From Candidatus Eiseniibacteriota bacterium (lineage in GTDB: Bacteria; Eisenbacteria; RBG-16-71-46), in assembly GCA_963725865.1 (NCBI GenBank), contig CAVSAC010000012.1, positions 32,001 to 96,000 on the forward strand: a DNA stretch of 64,000 nt, in the 5' to 3' direction. The notes beneath the pieces are model-generated. The model searched no databases, was not told the DNA's origin, and saw only the letters and a program-made list of their open reading frames with translations. Numbering within the stretch: the stretch's first letter is position 1; each line of letters begins with the position of its first letter. Position numbers and translations under genes: made by a program. This document shows positions 20,896 through 32,254 of the stretch, in pieces.

Positions 20896-22064
20896 GGCTT
20901 CACTCCCACCCACTGGTCCTCGCGCACGGCGGGCTTGCCGGTCTGCATGGTCGCGCGCGTGCGATCCACGCAGTCGATGATGGTCTCGGGCGTCACGTCA
21001 CGACCGCCGAGCCCGACGATGTAGCCGTGGACGGTCGGCCGGGAATCGGCCGGCACGTCGTACAGCGCCGCCCGGATCTCCTCGGCGAAGATGCCGCTGT
21101 GGCCGGGCGAGATGTTGCGGTCGAGCACCGCCAGGTGCGGCACGTGCTTCACCGCCGCACGAATCGCGTCGGTGGGGAAGGGGCGGAACATCTTGACCTT
21201 GAGCAGGCCGACCTTCTCGCCCTTCTCGCGCAGCGCGTTGACGACGTAGCGCGAAGTCGATGTGATCGTGCCCGAGGTCACGAGCACGATCTCGGCGTCC
21301 TCGGTGCGGTACGGCTCGATCGCGCCGTAGCGCCGCCCGAAGCGCTGGCCCCACTCCTCGTCCACCGCGTCCGCCGCGGCGCGCGCCTCGTCCATCGCCT
21401 CCTGCTGGCGCATCCGCATCTCCATGTAGACCGCCGGCGTCGTGAGGGCGCCGTAGGCGTGCGGATCGTCGGTGTCGAGCTTGAACTGGGCCACCCGCGG
21501 CGGCAGGAACGCGTCCACGTCGGCGGGATCGGGGATGTCGACCGGCTCGGAGGTGTGCGACAGGTAGAACGCGTCGAGCACGATCATGACCGGAAGGCCG
21601 ACCCGCTCGGCGAGCTTGAAGGCCTGGATGGTGGTGTCCAGCACCTCCTGGTTGGTCTCGCAGTAGAACTGGATCCAGCCGGTGTCGCGCTGCGAGAGGG
21701 TGTCGTTCTGGTCGGTCCACACCGTCCAGCCCGGCGCCAGCGCGCGATTGACGTCCGCCATCACGATCGGCAGCCGTCCGCCCGCCGCCCAGTGCAGCAG
21801 CTCGTGCATGAGCACCAGGCCCTGCGCCGAAGTGGCGGTGAACGCCCGGGCGCCGGCGGCCGAGGCGCCGATGCAGGCCGCCATCGCCGAGTGTTCGGAC
21901 TCGACCTTGATGAAGCGCGCCTTCAGGTCGCCCTTGGCGCACATCTCGGACAGCTCCTCGACGATCTGGGTCTGGGGCGTGATCGGATAGGCCGCGATCA
22001 CCTCCGCGCGGGCGAGTTTCACCCCCCACGACACCGCGTGGTTGCCGACGATGACCTTCTTCAC
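20892..22064 (-). CDS. porA: Pyruvate/2-oxoacid:ferredoxin oxidoreductase alpha subunit
   Basis: GTG start; GNHAV, AAYPITPQT, VESEHSA, ATSAQGLVLMHE. Confidence 0.92.
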   Translation of the reverse strand: MKKVIVGNHAVSWGVKLARAEVIAAYPITPQTQIVEELSEMCAKGDLKARFIKVESEHSAMAACIGASAAGARAFTATSAQGLVLMHELLHWAAGGRLPIVMADVNRALAPGWTVWTDQNDTLSQRDTGWIQFYCETNQEVLDTTIQAFKLAERVGLPVMIVLDAFYLSHTSEPVDIPDPADVDAFLPPRVAQFKLDTDDPHAYGALTTPAVYMEMRMRQQEAMDEARAAADAVDEEWGQRFGRRYGAIEPYRTEDAEIVLVTSGTITSTSRYVVNALREKGEKVGLLKVKMFRPFPTDAIRAAVKHVPHLAVLDRNISPGHSGIFAEEIRAALYDVPADSRPTVHGYIVGLGGRDVTPETIIDCVDRTRATMQTGKPAVREDQWVGVKP

Positions 22065-23893
22065 AGGCCCTCCCGCGTCATGATCATGGCGCCGCGTGGG
22101 CATTCCTCCACGCACACGCCGCAACCCTTGCAGTACTTGTACGAGAGCGAGTAGCCATGGCCGCTCGAGTGAGTCTTGATGGCGACATCGGGGCAGAACA
22201 CCATGCAGAGGCCGCACATGTTGCACACGCCGCAGTTGAAGCAGCGCTTCGCCTCGGCCAGCGACTCCTCCTCGGTGAGCCCCAGGTTGGACTCCGCGAA
22301 GCTGCCGCGGCTCTCGTCCGCCGGACGGTAGCGATCCGACGTCCCGGGCACCTTGGCGAAGTGCGCCATGTTCAGCTCCTCGAACGGCACCAACTCGTTG
22401 ACCTCGTTGGTACGGCGGACCGGATCGTCGCCGCGCCAGCGCGTGATGCTCATGCTGCCCTTGCCTCCGAACCGCAGCGACTGCGCGTCGAGCGGCGGAA
22501 GCGTCTCGCCCGCCCGGGTGCGCAGGTGGTGATCGATCCCGATCGCGGCGCGCTTGCCGGCACCCAGCGCGTGCGCGACGGTGCGGGGCTCGCCGGCGAC
22601 GTCGCCGCCCGCGAACAGGCCGGCGCGGCTGGTGTGCCCGAACTCGTCGACCTTGATCAGGTAGCCCTTGCGCAACACGTCGGGCGGTAGGCACCCGAGG
22701 TCGGGCTCGGTTCCGAGCGCGGTCAGCAGCGTGTCGGCGGGCACGAAGAACTGACTGCCGTGGACCGGCACCGACTTCGCGCTCTCCGCGTCACCCGCCA
22801 CCGCCTGCATGCGGACGCACACCACGCCGGTCAGCCGCGCGTGGGGCGCCGCGCCCTCGCGCTCCACGAACATGCCGCGGATCGCGTCGAGCGCCGGCTC
22901 GTCGTCGGCGTGCTCGGTGGTCTGCAGCCCGATCGGCGAGGTCCGCCACTCGAACCGCACGCCCTCGCGCAGCGCCTCCTCGACCAGCGCGGCGTTCGCC
23001 GCCAACTCCTCGCGCGCGACGCCGCAGATCACGGTCACCTCGGCCCCGAGCCGCAAGGCGGCACGGGCGGTGTCGACCGCGATGTCGGTGCCGCCCACCA
23101 CGACCACGCGCCGGCCGACACTCGTGCGCTCGCCGGCGCGCAGGTCGCGCAGGAAGTCGAGCGCGGGCCGCACGTCGGGCACGTCGTGCCCGCCCAATTC
23201 GACCGCGGCCGGCTGGCGCGCGCCGGTGGCGACGAACACCGCGTCGTAGCCGTCCAACGCCTTCCAATCCAGGTTGGCGCCGACGGTGGCGCCGCACTGG
23301 ATCGCCACGCCCGCGGCGCGAATGTGCTCGATCTCGCGCACCAGCACCGCGCGGGGCAGCCGGAACTCCGGCAGCGAGCGCAGCCAGCCGCCCGGCTCGG
23401 GGTCGCATTCCAGCACCGTGACCGCGTAACCGAGGCGCGCGAGGTGATAGGCGCACGCGAGGCCCGCGGGACCGGAGCCGACCACCGCGACCTTCTGCGC
23501 GCGCGTGGCCACCGGGGGCGCGCTGCGCTTCGCGGGCTCGGAGTCGCCCAGCATGCGTTCGATCGCGTGGATGTTCAGCGCGCCGTCGAACTGCGCGCGG
23601 TTGCAGGCGCTCTGGCAGGGGTGATCGCACACCCGGCCGGTCACCGCCGGCAGCGGGTTCTCCCGCAGCAGCAGGTCGCGCGCGTCGTCACGGCGGTCCT
23701 GGCGCAGCAGGTCCATCACGCCCTCGATGTCGATGCCCACCGGGCAGGCGGCGTTGCAGGGTGCGCCGCGGTCCTGGTAGCGGGGCTGGATGTACTTCCA
23801 CGACCCGGTGCGGTTCGCGAGGGTCGAGGTGTTGCTCACGGCGATCGGCGGCACGCCGTGCGCGAGGTCGGGTGTGGAGCGCTCGTCAGGCAT
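22061..23893 (-). CDS. Delta-subunit (2x4Fe-4S) fused with GltD-like FAD/NAD(P) oxidoreductase
   Basis: N-terminal RTGSWKYIQP; PCNAACP, GRVCDHPCQSACNR, GSGPAGL; C-terminal CNMCGLCMVFCP and CKGCGVCVEECP. Confidence 0.85.
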   Translation of the reverse strand: MPDERSTPDLAHGVPPIAVSNTSTLANRTGSWKYIQPRYQDRGAPCNAACPVGIDIEGVMDLLRQDRRDDARDLLLRENPLPAVTGRVCDHPCQSACNRAQFDGALNIHAIERMLGDSEPAKRSAPPVATRAQKVAVVGSGPAGLACAYHLARLGYAVTVLECDPEPGGWLRSLPEFRLPRAVLVREIEHIRAAGVAIQCGATVGANLDWKALDGYDAVFVATGARQPAAVELGGHDVPDVRPALDFLRDLRAGERTSVGRRVVVVGGTDIAVDTARAALRLGAEVTVICGVAREELAANAALVEEALREGVRFEWRTSPIGLQTTEHADDEPALDAIRGMFVEREGAAPHARLTGVVCVRMQAVAGDAESAKSVPVHGSQFFVPADTLLTALGTEPDLGCLPPDVLRKGYLIKVDEFGHTSRAGLFAGGDVAGEPRTVAHALGAGKRAAIGIDHHLRTRAGETLPPLDAQSLRFGGKGSMSITRWRGDDPVRRTNEVNELVPFEELNMAHFAKVPGTSDRYRPADESRGSFAESNLGLTEEESLAEAKRCFNCGVCNMCGLCMVFCPDVAIKTHSSGHGYSLSYKYCKGCGVCVEECPRGAMIMTREGL

Positions 23894-24464
23894 GCGTCAC
23901 CTCCGTGGGAGCGATGCGGACCACGATCCGCGCCGCCTCGCGGGCGGCCTCGACGTTCCGTTCCGGCTTGGTGGGCACCGACTCGGTGATCGCGTCGCAG
24001 ATGGCCTCGAGGCCGACCATGCCGGAGTCGGTCGCGAACGCGCCGAGGATGGCGGTGTTCACGATCGGCTGGGTCTTGGAGCCGAGTCCGTACTTGCGCG
24101 CGATGCTCGACGCGTCCACCAGCGCGACGCGGAAGTCCTTCGCCAGCGAGGCGTACGCGTCGGGTGAACGATCGGAGTTGATCAGGATCGTGCCGCCGGG
24201 CTTGAGCCCCTGCGTCACGTCGATGGCCTTGATCAGCGTGGGGTCGAGGATGATCAGGTCGTCCGGCTGCGTGATCTCGCACCGCAGCAGGATGGGTCCG
24301 TCGGACGTGCGCAGGAAGGCGGTCACCGGCGCGCCGCGCCGCTCGACCCCGAACGCGGGGAACGACTGGACCGACTTGCCTTCGTGGAACAGCGCGGAGG
24401 CGAGCAGCTTCGAGGCGATCACCGCGCCCTGCCCCCCGCGTCCGTGAATCCGGAGTTCGCGCAT
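23886..24464 (-). CDS. porC: Pyruvate/2-oxoacid:ferredoxin oxidoreductase gamma subunit
   Basis: ELRIHGRGGQG, FGVERRGAPV, PIVNTAILGA. Confidence 0.92.
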   Translation of the reverse strand: MRELRIHGRGGQGAVIASKLLASALFHEGKSVQSFPAFGVERRGAPVTAFLRTSDGPILLRCEITQPDDLIILDPTLIKAIDVTQGLKPGGTILINSDRSPDAYASLAKDFRVALVDASSIARKYGLGSKTQPIVNTAILGAFATDSGMVGLEAICDAITESVPTKPERNVEAAREAARIVVRIAPTEVTHA

Positions 24465-24833
24465 CGGGTGCTCCTGGCCGGAGTGGCCGAAGTTGGCCGG
24501 GGGCGTCCCATCGCAGCGGGCCGGATTCCAGCTGCCGCCGGGGGCGCCATTCACTGGGGAAGAGATGCGAAGAGCATGCTTCGCGCCAAGGTCGGCCTCG
24601 CGCGCACGTACGCGCGAGCCCGGCCAACTCGTGACGGGGGCGAGCATTGACGGCGCTCGAACGGCCCTCTGGCGAGGGCAGACAGGGCGCACCGCGAGTT
24701 CAGCGCTGTCATCCTGACAGGCGTTCCCGACAGGTGGTCAGGTCGCGGTCGCCGTGGGCACTGAGAACCGGGGTTCCCCGGCCCTGCATCGCGCTCGTCG
24801 CGGGCGCGCCGCGGCTGGTCCGCTCCGCTCGCG

Positions 24834-26747
24834 TCAGGGCCCCGCGGGCTGCGCGAGGCTCGCGCGCAGGGCCTCGAACAACCGCGCGCATTGGGCGATC
24901 AGCTCCGGGCCGTCGTAGGGGGCCACCGGCGGGCGATCCCGGGCGATCCTGGGATCGAACGCCAACGCGGCCTTCCGCCACGCGCGGGCGCGCTCCGGGT
25001 GACCCCAGTGCTCCTCGTAGATCGCTCGCGTCGCCATCGAGGCGCCGTAGAGCCAGCACAGGGTGGCGGTGTACGCGTCGACCCGCCCCGGCCACGGACG
25101 CATGCGGTAGCGCGGCAGCGGCTGCGGGGCGTACGCGGAGTCGGCCGTGAGCTCGACCACCAGGCCGCGCGGCACGCGCGCGAGCTCGGGCGCGAAGCGG
25201 GGCGGAATCTCGGGCGTCGCGAACACCCGTCCACGGGCCCGTGCCGCCGCGAGCAGCGCGCTCATCATCTCGGTGTAGGCGTACGCCACTTCCGTGGTGT
25301 CGCGGAAGCGTCCGACCTCCAGCGCGCGCGCCGCGCCGACGAAGCGCCGGCGCTCGGCGACGCAGGCGTGCGCCAGCGCGGGAGCGTTGCGGTCCAGCGC
25401 GTTCACGTACCACGAGCGACGCAACAGGTCGGGAGAGAGCAGGCACACGTCCGGACGAACGCGCTCGACGCGCTGGAAGTACCACGACGCCGAGAAGCCA
25501 TAGTCCCACTCGCGCGTGAACAGCACCGCGCCGCGAGGCAGCGGGTCCAGCAGGTCGTGCACGTGCTGCTCGACCACCACGTTCCCACTCTCGTCGCACT
25601 CGCGCAGGTGGAGCGCGCCATTGGCGAGCACCAGCGCGACGCCGAACGCGAGCGCCAGGCGCGTCCCGACGCGATCGGCCAGCGCGGACAGGCCGGCGGC
25701 CACGAGCAGCCCGATGCCGAGGACCGCGGTCAGGTAGTAGGGCGGGATCTCGCGGATCGCATAGCAGCCCGCGAACGCCACGCACACCACGATCAGCAGC
25801 AGGGCCATCCACGCCACGCGTGCCTGCCGCCGGGCGGCGCGCCCGAGACCGAGCAGGGCGAGCCCGAGGCCGAGCCAGGCCCAGTCACGCGGCACGATGG
25901 CGACGAACCAGTCCGTCTGGCGCCGGAAGGTCTCGATCCCCGGCGCGAGCCAGCCGCGGTACTCCGCACCGGTCACGTGGGCCCAGAGCCGCGGCAGCGT
26001 CTCGGGAGCACCCCAGTCGAGCGCCGGATGCGCGACGGATCGCAGCGGCAGGTAGAGGTAGGGCGTGAGCCCGAGGACGAACCACGGCACCATCGGCAGG
26101 AGGTCGAGGACCGCGCGGGGCCAGCGGCGCTCCGTGGCGAAGTAGGCCGCCAGCAGCCCGGGGGCCAGCAGGCCGGTCATGAGGTGGTTCGTGAAGGAGA
26201 CTCCGAGCGCGAGCGCGAAGACCGCGCCCGCGCGTCCGGCGCCGCCCGCCCCGCTCTCGCGCGCCGCGTCGATCGCGTCGAGCCAGCACAGGAAGCGCCA
26301 CCACACGAATCCCGCGAGCGCGAGGTGGAAGGAGTAGACCTCGAAGCCGTTCGCCTGCTTCCATACGACGGTGGTGGTCGCGGTCAGCAGCGCCGCCGTG
26401 CCCGCGAGGGCCGCGCGCGCCGCCGGCGACCGGTCGTCGCCGGCGGCGCGCGGCGGTTCGAGGCGCGCGATCGCCCGCTCGAACGCGAGCGCGAGGAACG
26501 CGACGCCGGCGGCGGCGAGCAGCGCGGCGAGCAGATTGAGCGCCACCACCGGACGCAGCGGCGACAGCCGCACGACGGCGTGCCCGAGCAGCGTGATCGT
26601 GGGGTAGCCGGTGGGGTGGGCGATGCCCAGCGTGGCGGCGACCGCGGCGAACTCGCCCCGATCCACGAAGCCGATCGTGCGGCACGCTGTCGGCACGTAG
26701 GCGGCAGCCGCGATGGCGAAGACGATCGCGAACGTGATCCGTCGCAC
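24834..26747 (-). CDS. DUF2723/TMEM260-like membrane GT-C glycosyltransferase (putative protein O-mannosyltransferase)
   Basis: DRGEF..LGIAHPTGYP, EVYS, NHL, YLYLPLRS..P.LDWG; multiple TM helices. Confidence 0.8.
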   Translation of the reverse strand: MRRITFAIVFAIAAAAYVPTACRTIGFVDRGEFAAVAATLGIAHPTGYPTITLLGHAVVRLSPLRPVVALNLLAALLAAAGVAFLALAFERAIARLEPPRAAGDDRSPAARAALAGTAALLTATTTVVWKQANGFEVYSFHLALAGFVWWRFLCWLDAIDAARESGAGGAGRAGAVFALALGVSFTNHLMTGLLAPGLLAAYFATERRWPRAVLDLLPMVPWFVLGLTPYLYLPLRSVAHPALDWGAPETLPRLWAHVTGAEYRGWLAPGIETFRRQTDWFVAIVPRDWAWLGLGLALLGLGRAARRQARVAWMALLLIVVCVAFAGCYAIREIPPYYLTAVLGIGLLVAAGLSALADRVGTRLALAFGVALVLANGALHLRECDESGNVVVEQHVHDLLDPLPRGAVLFTREWDYGFSASWYFQRVERVRPDVCLLSPDLLRRSWYVNALDRNAPALAHACVAERRRFVGAARALEVGRFRDTTEVAYAYTEMMSALLAAARARGRVFATPEIPPRFAPELARVPRGLVVELTADSAYAPQPLPRYRMRPWPGRVDAYTATLCWLYGASMATRAIYEEHWGHPERARAWRKAALAFDPRIARDRPPVAPYDGPELIAQCARLFEALRASLAQPAGP

Positions 26748-26757
26748 CGCGGGGGTC

Positions 26758-27915
26758 CTAGTACAGGAACATCGGCTTACCCAGCAAGTGGGCGACCTTG
26801 GGGCGGTAGTTCTCGACGTCGTACAGCTCGTCGACGTCGACGCGCTTCCTGCCCTCGGAGATCACGTTGGCCGAGACCGTGGTGTACTTGCCGTCGCGCA
26901 GCGCCACCATCCGGCCGCTCTGACGCTTGAGCAGCAGGTCGGTCGCCAGGTAGCCGTACGAGGTCGCCACCATGCGGTCGAGCGCGTCCGGCGCGCCGCT
27001 GCGCATGAGGTAGGCGACCTGCTGGTAGAGCGTCCGCACGCTGGAGCGCCGCTCGATCTCCTGCGCCACGAACTGCCCGACGCCGCCCAGCTTCTTGTGG
27101 CCGTAGGCGTCGGCCTCGCCGCTCATGACCATCTGCCCGCCGAGCGGCTTGGCGCCCTCCGACACCGTCACGACCGCGTACGCGCTCGGGTTCGCGCGGC
27201 GGTCCTCGAGCAGGAAGTGCGTGAGCTTCTCGGTGTCGAAGTCCACCTCGGAGATCACGGCGCGGTCCACGCCCGCCAGGTAGGCGGCGATCAGCGAGGT
27301 CTCGCCCGAGTAGCGGCCGAACAGCTCGATCACCGCGATGCGCTCGTGCGAGCCGGCCGCGGTGCGCAGCGCGTGGATGAACTCCACACTGCGCGTGACG
27401 GCGGTCGAGAACCCGATGCAGTAGTCGGTGCCGAAGACGTCGTTGTCCATGGTCTTCGGGATGCACACGATCGGCACGCCTTCGCGGTGCAGCCGCACCG
27501 CGTACGACAGCGTGTCGTCGCCGCCGATCGCGATCAGTCCGTCCAGCTTCAGGTGCTGGACCACCCGCAGCACGTGCGGCGTGCAGTCCGCCAGCTCGCC
27601 GTCGGCGAGTCCGGCGTACGCGCCGCGCAGGAACTCGGGCAGGTCTTGACGACTCACCTTGCCCGGGTTGGTGCGTGAGGTGTGCAGGAAGGTGCCGCCG
27701 CTGCGGTCGATCGTGCGGGTGTTCGCGCGGTTCAGCGGCACCACGTACTCGTCGCGCGTCGCCGGGTCGTCGGGGTTGAGGCGCAGCAGTCCCGCCCAAC
27801 CGCGGCGCAGGCCGATCACCTCGCTGCCCTCGTCGGTGGCGCGCACCACCGCGGCCTTGATGGTGGAGTTCAGGCCGGGGACGTCGCCGCCGCCGGTGAA
27901 GATGCCGATACGCAT
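26758..27915 (-). CDS. pfkA: 6-phosphofructokinase (PfkA family)
   Basis: [37 protein letters not shown]; the GGDD motif suggests a PPi- or mixed-donor type. Confidence 0.93.
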   Translation of the reverse strand: MRIGIFTGGGDVPGLNSTIKAAVVRATDEGSEVIGLRRGWAGLLRLNPDDPATRDEYVVPLNRANTRTIDRSGGTFLHTSRTNPGKVSRQDLPEFLRGAYAGLADGELADCTPHVLRVVQHLKLDGLIAIGGDDTLSYAVRLHREGVPIVCIPKTMDNDVFGTDYCIGFSTAVTRSVEFIHALRTAAGSHERIAVIELFGRYSGETSLIAAYLAGVDRAVISEVDFDTEKLTHFLLEDRRANPSAYAVVTVSEGAKPLGGQMVMSGEADAYGHKKLGGVGQFVAQEIERRSSVRTLYQQVAYLMRSGAPDALDRMVATSYGYLATDLLLKRQSGRMVALRDGKYTTVSANVISEGRKRVDVDELYDVENYRPKVAHLLGKPMFLY

Positions 27916-28075
27916 GGGTCCCTTCTCGATCAGCCGGATCCGGGTGTTCGGCCCGAATCGTGAATTCTCAGGCGGCTCCCCGCCGCGCGAGCGAGCGTCC
28001 AGGATCCGGAAACTAGCGCGGGGGGTGCGGAGGCACAAGCGCCCGCGCCGGACTCGCGCGGTCGCCGGTGCGGCC

Positions 28076-29185
28076 TCAGAGCGCCGCCATGCGCTCCCAC
28101 AGCCGGGCGGCCTGCGTGCGTGCCTCGGCGCGGATCTCCGCGAGGTCCGCGTGCTCGAGCTTGCCGTCCTCCACCACGGACTCGCCGTCCACCACCACCG
28201 TGCGGGCGCGGGTGGGCGAGCCCGGCGACACCGGCTCGAACTGCACGGCATCGCGCGCGAACACGGTGGGGCCGAACCGCTCGGCCGCCAGTCGCCAGCC
28301 GCCCTCGAGCCGCGCCTGCAGCACGCCGGCGCCCGTGGTGTCGCCCGCGGCGGCCGCGATGCGCTCCAGGTTCGCGAGCTCGGTCGGCATGTCGGCCGGG
28401 TAGCCGTCGGTGCCGAGCCCCACGCGGCGCGAGACCCGCAGCGACTTCGCGTAGCCCACCCGGTTGCCCTCGTTCGAGCGCGGGTTCTGGACCAGCCAGA
28501 CTCCGTGCTGCTCCGCGCTGCGGACCTGCGCGTCGTCCAGGAACACGCCGTGCGCCATGATCGAGCCGGGCGGCAGCGCGCCGCGCTCGAGCAGGCGCTC
28601 GAGCGGCCCGGCGCAGCCGCGCCGCTGCGCGTCCACCACGTCGGCGCCGTCCTCGGCCATGTGCACGTGCATCACGGTCCCGAGCTCCTTGCACAGCGCG
28701 GCGGCCTCGTCGATGGTCTCGTCGGAGCACGTGAACGAGGCGTGCAGTCCGACCACGCCGCGCACCCGCGGCCGTTGGTTGGAGCGGATGAACCGCCGGC
28801 ACTCCGCCAGCCCGGCCTGGCCCTCGGCGCGCCCGCCGTTGCGGTCGGTAGCGCCGAACGTGAGCAGCGCGCGTGCGCCCAGCTCCTGGCAGGCGTCGGC
28901 GATGACGTCGAGCGATCCGTCGATGAACGACGGCGACTCGTGGTGATCGATCAGCGTCGTGGTGCCGTGGAGCAGGGCCTCGGCCACGTACAGCCGCACC
29001 GACGCGCGCAGCGTGTCCGCGTCCAGCGCGCGGTCGAGCCGCCACCACACGCGCTCGAGGATCTGGACGAAGTTCTCCGGTGCCACCTGCGGCGCCGGCA
29101 TCCCGAGCGGCGCGAGCCCGCTGTAGAAATGGGTGTGCGAATTCACGTAGCCGGTGCGTGCACCGGCGCCCTGTTCGGCGGTCAT
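28076..29185 (-). CDS. Metal-dependent amidohydrolase, SsnA-like
   Basis: NSHTHFYS (HxH), [36 protein letters not shown]; downstream of xdh. Confidence 0.8.
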   Translation of the reverse strand: MTAEQGAGARTGYVNSHTHFYSGLAPLGMPAPQVAPENFVQILERVWWRLDRALDADTLRASVRLYVAEALLHGTTTLIDHHESPSFIDGSLDVIADACQELGARALLTFGATDRNGGRAEGQAGLAECRRFIRSNQRPRVRGVVGLHASFTCSDETIDEAAALCKELGTVMHVHMAEDGADVVDAQRRGCAGPLERLLERGALPPGSIMAHGVFLDDAQVRSAEQHGVWLVQNPRSNEGNRVGYAKSLRVSRRVGLGTDGYPADMPTELANLERIAAAAGDTTGAGVLQARLEGGWRLAAERFGPTVFARDAVQFEPVSPGSPTRARTVVVDGESVVEDGKLEHADLAEIRAEARTQAARLWERMAAL

Positions 29186-29249
29186 CGATTCCCCTTGTCC
29201 GGCGCGGATCCGGCCGCGCCCGGTGGATGCGCGCCCCGCGGCGCGCGGC

Positions 29250-31887
<2,638 letters not shown>

Positions 31888-32254
31888 CGAGGTTCCTCCG
31901 GAAGCGGCCCCGCGTGCGCCGGGCGGGCGCGGCCGCGGTCCATCGGGGGGTCCGGGGCCGGGACACTATAGCGCGTGTGCGCCCGCGATTCACGCGCGCC
32001 GGACCGCTCCCGGCGCCGCGTCGCGGGCGTTCCGCACCGCATGGGCTCTCGCGCCGGGGCTGGCCACGCCGCGCCGGGCGCGGTCGGTTCACCGCAGCCT
32101 GACAGGCTCCGCTCGCGGCCCGCGCGGGTTTCCGCTTCGCGCGGCTCGGAGGTCTCGTCTACACTCCTCGCCACCTTCGGCACCACATCGGCGTCGCTTC
32201 GCCCCCCGGCGGCCATCCTGCGAACCCGACCCTCATCGCAGAAGGGACGCACTC

